From NCBI RefSeq assembly GCF_006345805.1, contig NC_043009.1:33480001-33544000 (forward strand): 64,000 nucleotides of DNA. Reading direction: 5' to 3'. The notes under the pieces are model-generated. The model saw only the letters and a list, made by a program, of their open reading frames with translations, had not been told where the DNA came from and made no database searches. Positions within the stretch are counted from its first letter, which is position 1; every line of letters begins with the position of its first letter. Source of the DNA: Octopus sinensis. Its lineage: Eukaryota. The translations under genes and the position numbers were made by a program. Positions 24,630 through 37,093 of the stretch are shown piece after piece.

Positions 24630-26345
24630 TTCAAGTGTTTTTGACTTTCTCTTCTGCACTCAACTAGATACTTGTTCTTCCCCTATCGATCTCCATCTTC
24701 TCAAAATTGTTCCGTTATGCAGTCTGTTTCTGACAGCATTGATAAGGCTCTCTTGTTTCATAATTCTGCGAATATATTCGTCGTTGATGATTTTAATATT
24801 CACCATAAAGAATGGCTTGAGTTTTCTCATAGCACCAGTGCATCTGGCATTGAAGTATATAATTTTGTACTTTCTCAATCGCTCACACACCTCGTTGACT
24901 TTCCTACTCGCATTCCTGATCGCGTTGATCAATCTTCCTCCCTCTTTGATCTCTTTTTGGCATCAAATCCTGATATCTGTAAGGTTTGTCATGATTCTCC
25001 ACTCGGAGGATGTAATCATGTTGTTGTTTAAGTTGACGTTTCACCGAATTGTTCTGCTGCCAAGGAGTTCCCAATTCATCGTTCTCTATTCAACTATGAT
25101 CGTGGGACAATTTTTGCGACTTTCTTCGTGACCTTGGACCGATATTTTTGCTAAGCCTGCTGAGGCTTGTGCAGGGGAAACTTGAATTTCTGCTGGTATT
25201 AACACCTTCATACCATCTCGCTGAAACCGCATTCCTTCATACCAGCTGAAACCGCATTCCTCACCCTGTTCTTCTTCTGCTTGTGCTGCTGCTATCACCC
25301 ATCGTAATCATTTTATCCACCAATTTCAGCGAAATTATTCTGCAGTGAATAAACAGATTTTCACCAATGCTTACAATCACTGTAGGAATGTCATTCATGA
25401 CGTTAAATCAGACTACAAGCATCACATTCATGATCGTATATCATCCCAGAAAGCGGGCTCTCGTGACTTCTGGAGAATTATCGGCTGCCAGTGGCTTGAA
25501 GTTCATTAACAGGGCACGTCTCTGGCAGCAACAATAGGATTGTTCATTCTTCCTGTTGACAAGTACTCCAAGTTAGAGCTATGCGTAGTCTTTCGCGGAG
25601 ACTATCAAATGGTACACCATTTGATGTCGTTCCGTAGGTCCACAGAGTCTTCAAATAAAACAGAACAGTACATATCTAGAGAGACCAATGCTAGAGGAGC
25701 CATAGTGTTAGAGGTAACAATAACTCTTCTATTCCTCCTTTATTCAGCGGACCTGAGGTCCTGACAACATCTAATGATAAAGCAGAGCTCTTTGCTCAAC
25801 TGTTTAGTTCTCACTCTATTCTCAATGACTCTGGTCATCCACTTCCTGCTGGATTTTGTTTGTTTTTTTTTCAAAACTGATAAACTGTTACACAGTTGTC
25901 ATATTACTTCTGCTAATGTTGCGGTCATTGAGGCGTGGTTAGATCCATGTAAAGTAACTGTACCTGATGGTATTCCCGTCATCGTTTTTCAGAAGTGCTC
26001 TTCTGAGTTGTCTTCTATGTTATCTAGGCTCTTCCAAAAGTGTATCTCAGAATCTTGTTTTCCTTCTTTATGGAAATTCCCAGCTGTTGTTCCTGTCTTT
26101 AAGAACTGTGGTGATCGATCTATTTCTCATAGTTATAGACCATTTAGTCTACTACCAATCAACAGTAAGGTTTTTGAGTCCTTGATTAATGACTCGTGTA
26201 AAATACCTTGACTCATATCGTTTATTCTTTACAGTACCAGTTTCTTTCCTTGCACCTCTGAACTTTGAAATTCTCTTCCTCAATCTTGTTTTCCTCTTCA
26301 CCATGACCTCCAGTCTTTTAAGTCTAATTGTACATCGCCACTTGT
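24630..26345 (+). mobile_element. CR1-type LINE, degenerate, interrupted and RT-deleted
   Basis: APE motifs YRSPS, DFNIHHKEWL, DLFL, PLGGCNHVV; GSRDFWRI...SSIPPLFSGPEVL; PDGIPVIV, WKFPAVVPVFKN, YRPFSLLPINSKVFE; C-terminal region at 26230-26345. Confidence 0.88.
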
Positions 26346-27419
26346 AACGACCTTGTAACGACCAAACAGCGAACAACCAGCAGTGAGACTGTTTTTAGAT
26401 CTCCAAATGGGGTTCATGGCTGGCAATGCGCTAATGGTAAGCTAGTGCTAGAAGCTTCGAAGCTGATTTAATTATTTATTATAAGATTTCACGAAAATGG
26501 CGGGGATTTTTTAATGGGGGCACCGAGGCAGGCAAGAAAGAGGTATTTTTTTTTATAGAAGAAATGAACTCATTTAAATCGTTACCAGTATCTTACCGGC
26601 ACTTGCATTATTAAAACTATGGGTTATATAATACAAGCGTAACAAATGAATTTATTAAATCAAATACTACAACTATATTTAAAGTTGTATCAGTGTTGCG
26701 TACAGAATATCTATTATTGAATCTCGAAATAATAAGACGGAAACACGACGAAAATCTTGCTGCAGATATGACGCGCAAATTCAAGGAAAATAACTCTTAC
26801 AAATATTTGTGTGAGTTGTCTATCTATATTTGAAGAGTTCTCTCCCTTGATTATCATTTTCTATTCTGCAAACTACGACAAAACACTAACAGTGGAAACT
26901 TTATAACAGTTCCTGAACTGAGTAGAAATAGCAGCCAAAATCTCCCTCAGGAAGCTATTAGTGTCTTCAATGAGAAAAAGAAGTCCAGACAAGACGAGAA
27001 ATCCTGGATAGTCACAATTGATTTACCGTTACTTGCAGCCACGTAGCCAGCCGATTGCAACTGGAGGTGCTATCTTGATAGCTGGGGGTGCTGTACAGGG
27101 GTACGGACAAATGCTCCTACTTAAAGTGTGAAAGTGGACAAAAGCCCCATGCTTATATTTTTCGGCTATTTTTTTTGTTTTGTTTTTTTTGTTTTTTTTT
27201 TCACATTGACGCCTAACCTTATATATTTCGTTTATATTTTCATTTTACTTGTTGCAATCAATAAACTGAGGCCATGCTAGGGCATCACCTCGAAGAATTT
27301 TTAGTCGAATGTATCGACTCCAATATATTTTTTAATGATTTTCAAAAAGCACATAGTTAAGCCTGAAAGGTCTTTCTATATGCTAGAGATAACAGCCAAA
27401 TCTTTAAACGTTATATTTA

Positions 27420-28220
27420 TATAATTTCAAATAAACATCGACACAAGGCTGATAGTGTGTCTTCCCAACAATTCGATGATTTCGGTTTGCATTGTTGCTG
27501 AGGTGTAGGTCGCATTTTTTAGAATCGTGCTGTAACATTCCATTAGCTTTGAGCCTTTTTCTAATGTGTGCTGGAATAATTTCATAAAAAGACCACAAGG
27601 CTACATATCATCTTCCGAATAAAGATCCCGAAAAGCTTCATTTTTGTTTCCTCGAACAATATTAACAATGGAACTGATATAATAACGGTTTTTGCTCAAT
27701 TGAACATTTTGCAAGATTGAAGACACGGATGTTGTTGTGGATAAACGCTGTTGGCGTTCCTTCCATGTTACCATAGCTTGGATATGGGATGCAGAGTTTG
27801 CGTGCTTATTTAAACCTTTGCCTTTTTTTCTTTTGCATGATGCCAATTAGAATATCCAGTTTTAATAAAACAAGTATCAGCTTGAGCAGAAGTATTAAAG
27901 TACCGACAAGCAAAACAAAACAAGGCTTTCTTTGAAAGAGAGTACATAAACGACCAGTATACCAGCTTGACGGGAAGTCACGTCTCTGATTGCCATAAAT
28001 TTTTGGATCAAACTTTGCTAGAACTAGCTTCACTGGTTGGCAGTCGACCTGTCCTAGATCATCCAATGAGGGTGTCAAAGACTTTGCAAGATCTCCCTTG
28101 AGCTGCGAAACTTCGTTTGCAATTCTCTTCTGCTTAGCATTATTAGATGAATCAGATTGGAAATTCCGCAATGGTTGCTTCAGTTTTCTTTTTAGTAGTG
28201 ATTCATTATTTTTGGGCACC
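27420..28220 (-). pseudogene. hAT transposase relic (TTF-type zinc finger / DUF4371-like N-terminus)
   Basis: FDPKIYGNQRRDFPSSWY, GLNKHANSASHIQAMVTWKE, NRYYISSIV, and frameshifted GLFMKLFQ...KNATYTSATMQTEIIELLG. Confidence 0.8.
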
Positions 28221-28391
28221 GATATTCACAATTATTAATTCTAAGGTAGAATATCGTAGTAAGAGTAACAATTTCTTAACATTTATGTATTTTTAAATTA
28301 AACTCGAAAGAGATTTCGGTTCAAGCAATTTTTTGTTTCGTTTTTTTTTTTGTTTTTTTCTTTCAATTTCTTCAAAGTTATGCTTTTTTAT

Positions 28392-28644
28392 CGTGACGTA
28401 TATTTGCCATTTAAATATGGCTAACCCCTAAGGGTGGATGCTACTGTAGTTTGTAGCCCCAGGAGGTCACCTCCTCCAGCTGGCTATAGACACATTTTAT
28501 GTGCCCTATCATTATTTACAAAGGGAAGCCGGCACAGAAAGTGTGTCTATAACCAGCTGGAGGAGGTGTCCTCCTGGAACTACAAACTACAGTAGCATCC
28601 ACCCTTAGGGGTTAGCCATATTTAAATAGCAAATATACGTCACG
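28392..28644. mobile_element. MITE-like palindrome with ~110-bp inverted arms
   Basis: cgtgacgtatatttgc...tatagacaca and its reverse complement, ~6 mismatches in ~107 bp, ~23-40-bp spacer. Confidence 0.85.
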
Positions 28645-29363
28645 GTGTGTTGCAGCTACTGTTTATAACACGCTCTAAGATTTATTATGCTTTTTTAGTT
28701 AAACACAAAATAATTTCAGTATAAACTTTGTTCAAAGCGTAAAAAAAAGTATTCAGTGAAAGTTTTCACCTGGAAAATATATTTTCTGAATGTATATTTT
28801 GGGATATTTCAAAATTATTCTTTCCTTTTTTGCGAATAATAATCCTTAATGTCTTTCTCTGTTCATATATATACGTGCGTAGTGATACGTTTACTACCAT
28901 AAATTTCTAACTACAGCAACTATTCTTCACATACTTTTCAACAGCAACAAGAACAATCACCAGCACCGCCGTCACCACCACGAACACCACAACAACAACA
29001 ATAACAACTGACCCAGCATCACCCACTCCTTAATTCAACCACAGAGATCGATAGATCAATAACCGTTTCGGTGTTTCGTAATTGGTAATATATATATTTG
29101 ACAAAGGTATCTTCCGGTTATTGGACTACAGCCATGCTGGAGCACATGCTCATCAACAATGCTGTTTAGTAACAGCCCTGTGTGGCCACTTCATTGGGTA
29201 GAATGCGGTCAATTCCAATTGGATTCTTCTGAATGCTCAGGGTAAACAATGAGTATTTCATTCAACCAATCAAGTCGTCGGGGTCCCGGGAACGAAAGCA
29301 TAGATATATGAGTTAAAATTACAAGAATACTCCCACCCACAACAATGAAAATAACACAGACAA

Positions 29364-29542
29364 GGCGCAGGAGTGGCTGTGTGGTAAGTAGCTTGCTAAC
29401 CAACCACATGGTTCCGGGTTCAGTCCCACTGCGTGGCATCTTGGGCAAGTGTCTTCTGCTATAGCCCCGGGCCGACCAATGCCTTGTGAGTGGATTTGGT
29501 AGACAGAAACTGAAAGAAGCCTGTCGTATATATGTATATCTA

Positions 29543-29594
<52 letters not shown>

Positions 29595-29808
29595 CTGTGT
29601 TTGTCCCCCTAGCATTGCTTGACAAAACGATGGTGTGTTTACGTCCCCGTCACTTAGCGGTTCGGCAAAAGAGACCGATAGAATAAGTACTGGCTTACAA
29701 AGAATAAGTCCCGGGGTCGATTTGCTCGACTAAAGGCAGTGCTTCAGCATGGCCACAGTCAAATGAGTGAAACAAGTAAAAGAGTAAAAGAGAAAGAGTA
29801 AAGAGTAA
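29364..29808 (+). mobile_element. SINE A, full length
   Basis: Aligns end to end with 1705-2138. Confidence 0.88.
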
Positions 29809-30200
29809 GGCGACCTTCTCGGTGCTCATAGTATTAATAAAAGAGAAAAATATATAAGAAAATTAATCTTATTTTAGCTCTGGTGTTAGTTACATAAAAG
29901 AAAATATATATAAGATAGGAAGTTGGAAACGAGAAAAGAGAAATAATATCAGATAAAATACAATAAACAAAATCTTTTTAAAAATAAAACAGTAAAGAAA
30001 TCTCTTATCTTCACTGTATATAATGAGTTCAACGGTTGGTATTGCTTCCGGTTTCACTTATAAACTCCGCTGGTCATTAATCTCCAAGTGACAAACAGGC
30101 TTTCTTTCCTCCATTTTGCCAGTATTTATAATTTGCTATTTTTGACGATTACCGTTTTAGATCTGTCTCGTCGTCCACTCTTACAAACTGGCAATTAAAA

Positions 30201-30248
<48 letters not shown>

Positions 30249-30303
30249 ATATAATTATATATATATATATATATATATTATATAATATATATATATATTA
30301 TAT

Positions 30304-30709
30304 TCTTTTACTCTTTTACTTGTTTCAGTCATTTGACAGCGGCCATGCTAGAGCACCGCCTTTAGTCGAGCAAATCGACCCCGGGACTTATTCTTTGTAA
30401 GCCCAATACTTATTCTATCGGTCCCTTTTGCCGAACCGCTAAGTGACGGGGACGTAAACACACCAGCATCGGTTGTCAAGCAATGCTAGGGGGACAAACA
30501 CAGACACACAAACACATATACACACACACTTATAATATATCATATATACGACAGGCTTCTTTCAGTTTCCGTCTACCAAATCCACTCACAAGGCATTGGT
30601 CGGCCCGGGGCTATAGCAGAAGACACTTGCCCAAGATGCCACGCAGTGGGACTGAATCCGGAACCATGTGGTTGGTTAGCAAGCTACTTACCACACAGCC
30701 ACTCCTGCG

Positions 30710-30711
<2 letters not shown>
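30304..30711 (-). mobile_element. SINE A, full length, inverted relative to the 29364 copy
   Basis: Reverse complement aligns with 29364-29808; head differs at only 2 of ~162 positions. Confidence 0.88.
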
Positions 30712-30771
<60 letters not shown>

Positions 30772-30775
<4 letters not shown>

Positions 30776-32057
30776 GGTATGTAGAAAAATACAACATGGA
30801 CAAGAACGTATAACTCATAGAAGACGATACAATAAACATGGACAGGACATTCGAACCCCTCAGTCTTCAGTCAAGAACCGGATCATCGTAGTAATTTCGG
30901 CTGATAATCTTGAGATTACTAGATCACGGCCAGCCCTCAAGAAAAACTAAGCAACGAGCATAGAAAAACTAAGCTGGAAGCGTAGATTTCTGGAAGAAGG
31001 ATCGAATGCATACGAACACCAGGACAGCAAAAGGGACAGATATAAAAAAAAAAAAAAAAAAACAATAATGGAATACAGAACATGAAATACAGAAGCATTA
31101 ACGGTGAAAACAACAAGTGTCTTACGACTGATAACAAGCAAACAAATTTTTTCTCTGGCGCATTGGAAAAAGCCTTTATAGCGGCGGACGAAAAACAACG
31201 ATTTAAACACGACGAGGGTCAGGAGCTGAAAGGCAGATTTCGGCCAACAGTCACGTGACAGAGAAGAGGGAAAAGAAAAGAAAGAGAAGCAAAGGAAGAG
31301 AGAGAGAGAAAAGGGGGACAAAACGCAACAAAGAAGAGAAGAGAGAGAAAGAAGGAATCAGAGAGGGAAGGGATGGGTGTCGAAGAATGCCTGTGAGTGC
31401 AGAGCGAGACAAAGAAATAGGAGTGTAGTGGAAGACTAGACCAAAGGATCAGAGGAAAGAGAAGATGAATAGAGAGAAAGTAAAAATGAGAGATAGAGAG
31501 AGAGACAAACAGAGAGTCGTACCATTATTAAGAATATGTGTTCACATTATGATAAGGGGGGTACGGGGCGCCTGAATATATGTTAAGGTATGTAGAAAAA
31601 TACAACATGGACAAGAACGTATAACTCATAGAAGACGATACAATAACATGGACAGGACATTCGAACCCCTCAGTCTCAGTCAAGAACCGGATCATCGTAG
31701 TATTTCGGCTGATTAATCTTGAGATTACTAGATCACGGCCAGCCCTCCAAGAAAAACTAAGCAACGAGCATTAGAAAAACTAAGCTGGAAGCGTAGATTT
31801 CCTGGAAGAAGGATCGAAACACACCAGGACAGCAAAAGGGACAGATATAAAAAAAAAAAAAAAAAAAACAATAATGGAATACAGAAACATGAAATACAGA
31901 AGCATTAACGGTGAAAACAACAAGTGTCTTACGACTGATAACAAGCAAACAATTTTTTCTCTGGCGCATTGGAAAAAGCCTTTATAGCGGCGGACGAAAA
32001 ACACGATGTTAACACGACGAGGGTCAGGAGCTGAAAGGCAGATTTCGGCCAACAGTC

Positions 32058-32058
<1 letters not shown>
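30772..32058. repeat. ~480-bp direct duplication (30772-31253 and 31583-32058)
   Basis: ttaaggtatgtagaaaaatac...ggccaacagtca twice; differences mostly 1-bp indels. Confidence 0.9.
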
Positions 32059-32121
<63 letters not shown>

Positions 32122-32404
32122 ATATATATAGCGTATCTAGCTGTTGTTGCTTCGGTCTTTGTTCTCCGAGTTCAAATCGCACAGTCTTTTTTCTCCTTCG
32201 GGAGTCGATTCTTCTCTCCTCTTTCTCTTTTTCAATCTGAATTGGTTGACTTGGCTACACAATTACATGGTCGTGTTCGAGGATACTCAGAGTGTGTGTG
32301 TGGGTGCGCGTGTGTGAGAGTATCTTTCAATTCATTTACTTGTTTAGAGCACAGCCTTAAAGGGGTTTTTAGTCGAACACATCGTCCCCATGACTCATTC
32401 TTTG

Positions 32405-32572
32405 TAAGCCTAGGACTTATTGCAGCGGTCTTTTAGTTTTTCGAAGCCCTCGAAAGGCTCGGACACCATCCAGGCCTTTCGCGATATCCTGGAAGCCAGG
32501 AACATTTCAGCACCCCTTCGTGTATGTGTGTGCGTGTGTGTGTATACATACATACATACATACATACATACA

Positions 32573-32647
<75 letters not shown>

Positions 32648-32960
32648 ATATTATATATATATAATATATATATACGAAGTGGGTGCTGAAATGTTCCTGT
32701 CGTCTGCAGAATATTTTTCCTCAATTTGGGGGGAGCGTGGGTATAACTTGAAATTACGACGGAAAACATTTTCGCACACCAGCTGTGTCGGGGTTTGTTA
32801 AGGTGCGAAACGTGTACCACACGCTTCTCCCATTTAACGAGCCACCACACCGCAACGGCTCATTTGCTTCTCTGATCTAAACAGCTCGGAAGGCTATACA
32901 CACCATTAAAGCTTTCTACCATTTTCCAGAAAATACATTTGCGTCTGAAATAGGCTGTTT
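32405..32960. mobile_element. Two mariner terminal fragments flanking a (CA)/(TA) tract
   Basis: cgaaggggtgctgaaatgttcctg on the minus strand ending at 32520 (followed by EGFEKLKDRCNK) and tacgaagtgggtgctgaaatgttcctg on the plus strand at 32674. Confidence 0.6.
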
Positions 32961-33764
32961 ATTTGCTACTTTAGTTTATCGACCCAGAAAGATTACAATT
33001 TCAACTCAGAACTTAAAGAAGCGAAACAAATACTGCAGATAATTTTATAACGCTTTGACGATTCCGTCAGTTCGCCGCCTTATTTTCGAATCAAAACAAC
33101 ATATGATGTTTATATAATATTTTATTTGTGTTGAAGACTCCATATATACGGATGCATTATGGGAAAATTCACTTTTCTGTTTATTGAGGCGATGTCTTGC
33201 AGTGTAAATGATAAACAATAGCTGTGAGTACAGGACTGAGCTGTAAGTTGCATGCTGAATAATGGTCTACAGATGGACAGAAAAAAAATGAATTTTCAGG
33301 GGAGATTACTCTTAAACATATTTTTGTTGTTTTCCCCCTTGCACTTTTAATAATTGTTTTCAACTGTTTGAATATAAGGGACAAGCTGATATTAATTAAC
33401 TTCATCCATCTTCGAACGAATCCTTATACTTTTTCTATCACCCTCTTATGCCCAGCTACTAAGTTACGGTAACGTAAACAAAAGAACAGCGGTTGTTAAC
33501 TTTTGGTAGGGACAAATACAGATACAAAGACATATATATTTACATACATATACACGTACATATATATTTCCCGTTTTAGTTTCGTCTTGTTCCACGTCTC
33601 TGTCCTTCTGTTGTAACAAAATGTCTTTTCCGTTTTCGTTCTGTTGATTTTTCGTCTTCCTGTGTTGTCCTGTACGTATATATATTTATATATGCATGTA
33701 TATATACATGTAGATGTCGGTACGTACATATATGTTTGTATGTATGCATATATTTTATTTATTA

Positions 33765-33814
<50 letters not shown>

Positions 33815-34329
33815 GTGTGTGCGTGTGACTATGTGTATATATGTGTGGGGTGGTAAAGGCTGACCTAAGCTTGGAGATTCCACGGGTTATCAGCAGTTAC
33901 ATACCCAAAACTCTCGGAATATACACCCACCATCTGCTAGAACATCACTCCTCACATATACAGCTCCGTACAAAAAGTATCCTCTGTGTTACCACTGAAC
34001 AACAAAACACAAGAACAATACAAACAACGTATGACCTTCGTTTCGACATTCCTGCTAACTGTACGTGGCATCGACCCATCATTCAACGCCAAAGATGGAA
34101 GATTCCATACAGAGAGGGTTTGGCTTGCCGAAATGGCGCACTGCATCGCTTTCTTCGTGCTTACAGAAACCCGCCTTAACAACACTTTATAAAAATAGGA
34201 TCACATACGGTCGTATCGTGTAGGGGACACGGTCGCACGTGGTCATATTCTTAATGAAATATTACAGACCATATAATACATACAGCGGTTATAGAACACA
34301 AGTGGAATGACAACAAGATTTCTTTTTGA

Positions 34330-35570
34330 GATATATACATTATTTATTTTACATATTTTACAATCATGCTGATATTGGAAGTTTGTAAGTGTTAGCATGT
34401 TTTTGTGTCTGTGTGTTCGTGAGTGCGACAGAGCAAATCAGGTGAATGTGATTGACATAGCAACAGATAGTAGCAGATGGCTTAAGGTAGTTCTTAGAAC
34501 TAGAACTCAAGACAGATAATTGATTTACCGTTTATGAGGTACACGGAGTGTAAGAGTTCCATATCAAGATGTTGCGTCGCGTAGTTGAGATTAATTGGAT
34601 CACTTGTTGTGTTTTATCTTTCTCTTTATATGAATATACTTCCAGATATATTAACTGTAGCCGTTTTTCCCTTTGTGAGATTTTCACCTAACCGCTAGAG
34701 TTGAATCCGTAGTTGTCTTGTGTACAAATTAAACTTTCGTAGATAGAGACGATGTTTGGCGATGAGTTGTGTCTGTCGCTTGGTTTTTGCTGCGTCTTCA
34801 TTATATATTCTGCTTGGTTATTTTTCTCTAGTTATAGATATCCTGTAACCGTTCTTTTCGTGGTGATATTTTCACACTAACAGTATGAGAGGAATCTGTA
34901 ACATCTTGTGTACAAGCTAAATCTTCGTGGATAGTGATGCTTGGTGATCGCCTGCCTTTCGAACCGGAACATGGTTGGTATGCTCTGTGCGGTCAGAGGT
35001 CCGCCCTGAAAAGGACTGTAACCTAAGACGAGCTCTGTGGTCAGAGGTTTAGTTCTGAAAAGAACTAAAAACCTAAGACGAAAAGTGTCTGAGAACACTT
35101 CTTTATATAAGGTTTATGTGGCCTAAACGAACTTCAGAAATGAAAAGCTGTGATTGGCTGCTTGGAACAAATGGCGCGAAAATAAGCGGAGGCAAATCGC
35201 GTCACGTGACAACCAGCGGTGCGGACGTAGTAGAGACCACTCGTGTCACATGTCAATCAGTGGCGCGAAAATAGGTAGAGACAAATCGCGTCACGTGTTA
35301 ACCCATCGGATTAGTGTTTACAACAACGTTAAACTAGCCTAAGATGTTTGTAATCTCGAACGAGATTATTCGTAATACTCTTCTCAAACAGTGAAGATAG
35401 CAATGAGGGAAACGATATTGCTACAACTTACATGCCGAGGTGAAAATTAAAATTTCACCATCATCCGTGCAGATCACACAGACCAAAATAAAACGGCGGA
35501 CAGCCATTTTTCTCCATAATTCCTTTGCATGTTTTCCAAAAGTTACTGTGCATTCATATCGTTATTCGAC
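34330..35570 (-). mobile_element. Unclassified insertion (LTR-like or virus-like terminus); boundaries approximate
   Basis: Interrupts the CR1 endonuclease region. Contains ~190-bp degenerate, 50-bp and 89-bp internal direct repeats plus promoter motifs. No TSD found by eye. Confidence 0.5.
35101..35299 (-). promoter_or_regulatory. Candidate Pol II promoter: (E2F site + CGTCACGTG) x2, CCAAT, TATA
   Basis: TTTCGCGC on the minus strand at ~35174-35181 and ~35263-35270; cgtcacgtg at ~35200 and ~35289; CCAAT at 35157-35153; TATATAAAG at 35109-35101. All in promoter order. Confidence 0.5.
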
Positions 35571-37093
35571 GAGGTTAACGACATAACCACTGTCGGTCTC
35601 TACAGGCATGCCGAAGCTCTTTTCTTTGCAGTGCTTCGAAGAGAGTCTCAACAAAATCAAGTTCTTTCTTTAAAAATACAAATCAGAGAATTCATTGATG
35701 GTGGGTGATTTTAACTTCCCTTATGTAAACTGACTTAAAAATATTCTGAAGTTAGGCACTGAAGTTAGGCACTACACCAGACGAAGCAGCAGCAGAATTA
35801 CTTTTTAATTTAATGGATGAACTTTTACAAAACCAACTTGTCCTTGACGACATAAAGTGATCTTAGATCTGGTTGACAAACCACTCCGATGTCTTATACC
35901 TTGACTTCAGCAAAGCGTTCGACAGAGTCGACCGCAATATCGTCCTGTTGAAATTGTCAAATATTGGAATCCTCTGGAAGCTGCAGCTTCTTGGTGAACG
36001 GAACACAAATTGTTGTAGTTGGCGATATCCACTCAAGCCCAGAAAAAGTCACTAGCGGTGTCCTTCAGAGGATTGTCATGGGCCCGCTTCTCTTTAAAGT
36101 CTATATAAACGGCATCTCAAGACTATCAAACACAGCAAAATAAAAATGATTCCAAGCTCCAGTATATTATCAACAGAGAAGAAAGCTGACCTGAACTCCA
36201 GTCTGATCTACCTTTTGTAAGCCAATGGGCGGACAAAAACAAAATGCGATTAAATAAGGGAAAATTTGAACTGAAGCATTTTGTAAAAAGACTGCGCTCA
36301 AATAACCATATTCTCTTCCTTCAGGAAAAGTACTCACAGCATCCAGTAACATCAGGGACTTAGAAGTGATTGTTGATAACAATCTCAGTAGAGAGTGCCC
36401 ACATCAATAATAAAGTCGATATGGCTCGCGAGATGAGCTCCCGGATCTTCAGAACTTTCCGGTCCAGTGAGTAAGATGTAATTATTCTCCTCCTTCGTAC
36501 AGCCATACCCAGAATACTATTACCCCCTGTGGTCTCCTCACACCATACAAAACATTACGAGAATTGAGTCATCCCAGAGGATAGCCACCAAAGAAATTAA
36601 GGGCATGACTGATCTTGATTATTGGGACCACCTTAAAACATTGAATCTTTGTTCTCTCCAGTGCCGTCGAGAGCAAAACATCATTTGCACAAAATTGAGA
36701 ATATACCACAAACATTGTGCAAGTGACCTTAAACTAGATTCAGAATTCATCCACAACTGCGGCCACGTGCCATACGCCTCCTACAATATTCGGGCTCACA
36801 ATACATAAATTAACTGCCATTTCTTTTCCTCGGCAGGCTCTGCTCTATTTAACATTATCCCAAAACAAATCAACGATGAAAAAGATCCCATCACCTTCAA
36901 ACGAAATCTCAGCAAATTTCTTCAAGAGATACCAGATAAGCCACCTGCACCTGGATACATCTCAAATCAACAACTTCCTTCTTTTGTGGTCCACGATACC
37001 GCAAAACTTCACTTAACAGATCTTATCTGGTTGTTTTATTACGTTAGACAATCTTAGACCGAAACATTTCTAAGTTTTATTTATTTATTTATA

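Larger units (their letters stand above)
33985..37010 (+). mobile_element. CR1/L2-type LINE, degenerate, interrupted by a ~1.2-kb insertion
   Basis: TVRGIDPS...VLTETRL (33990-34190), LMVGDFNFP (35695), DVLYLDFSKAFDRVD (35885), SGVLQRIVMGPLLFKVYINGI (36055), WADKNKMRLNKGKFELKHF (36225). Confidence 0.85.

Noticed and set aside
30860-30890. ctgaagactgaggggttcgaatgtc hammerhead-like motif (minus strand, also at ~31670)
   Set aside because: Lacks GAAA and a pairable stem II.
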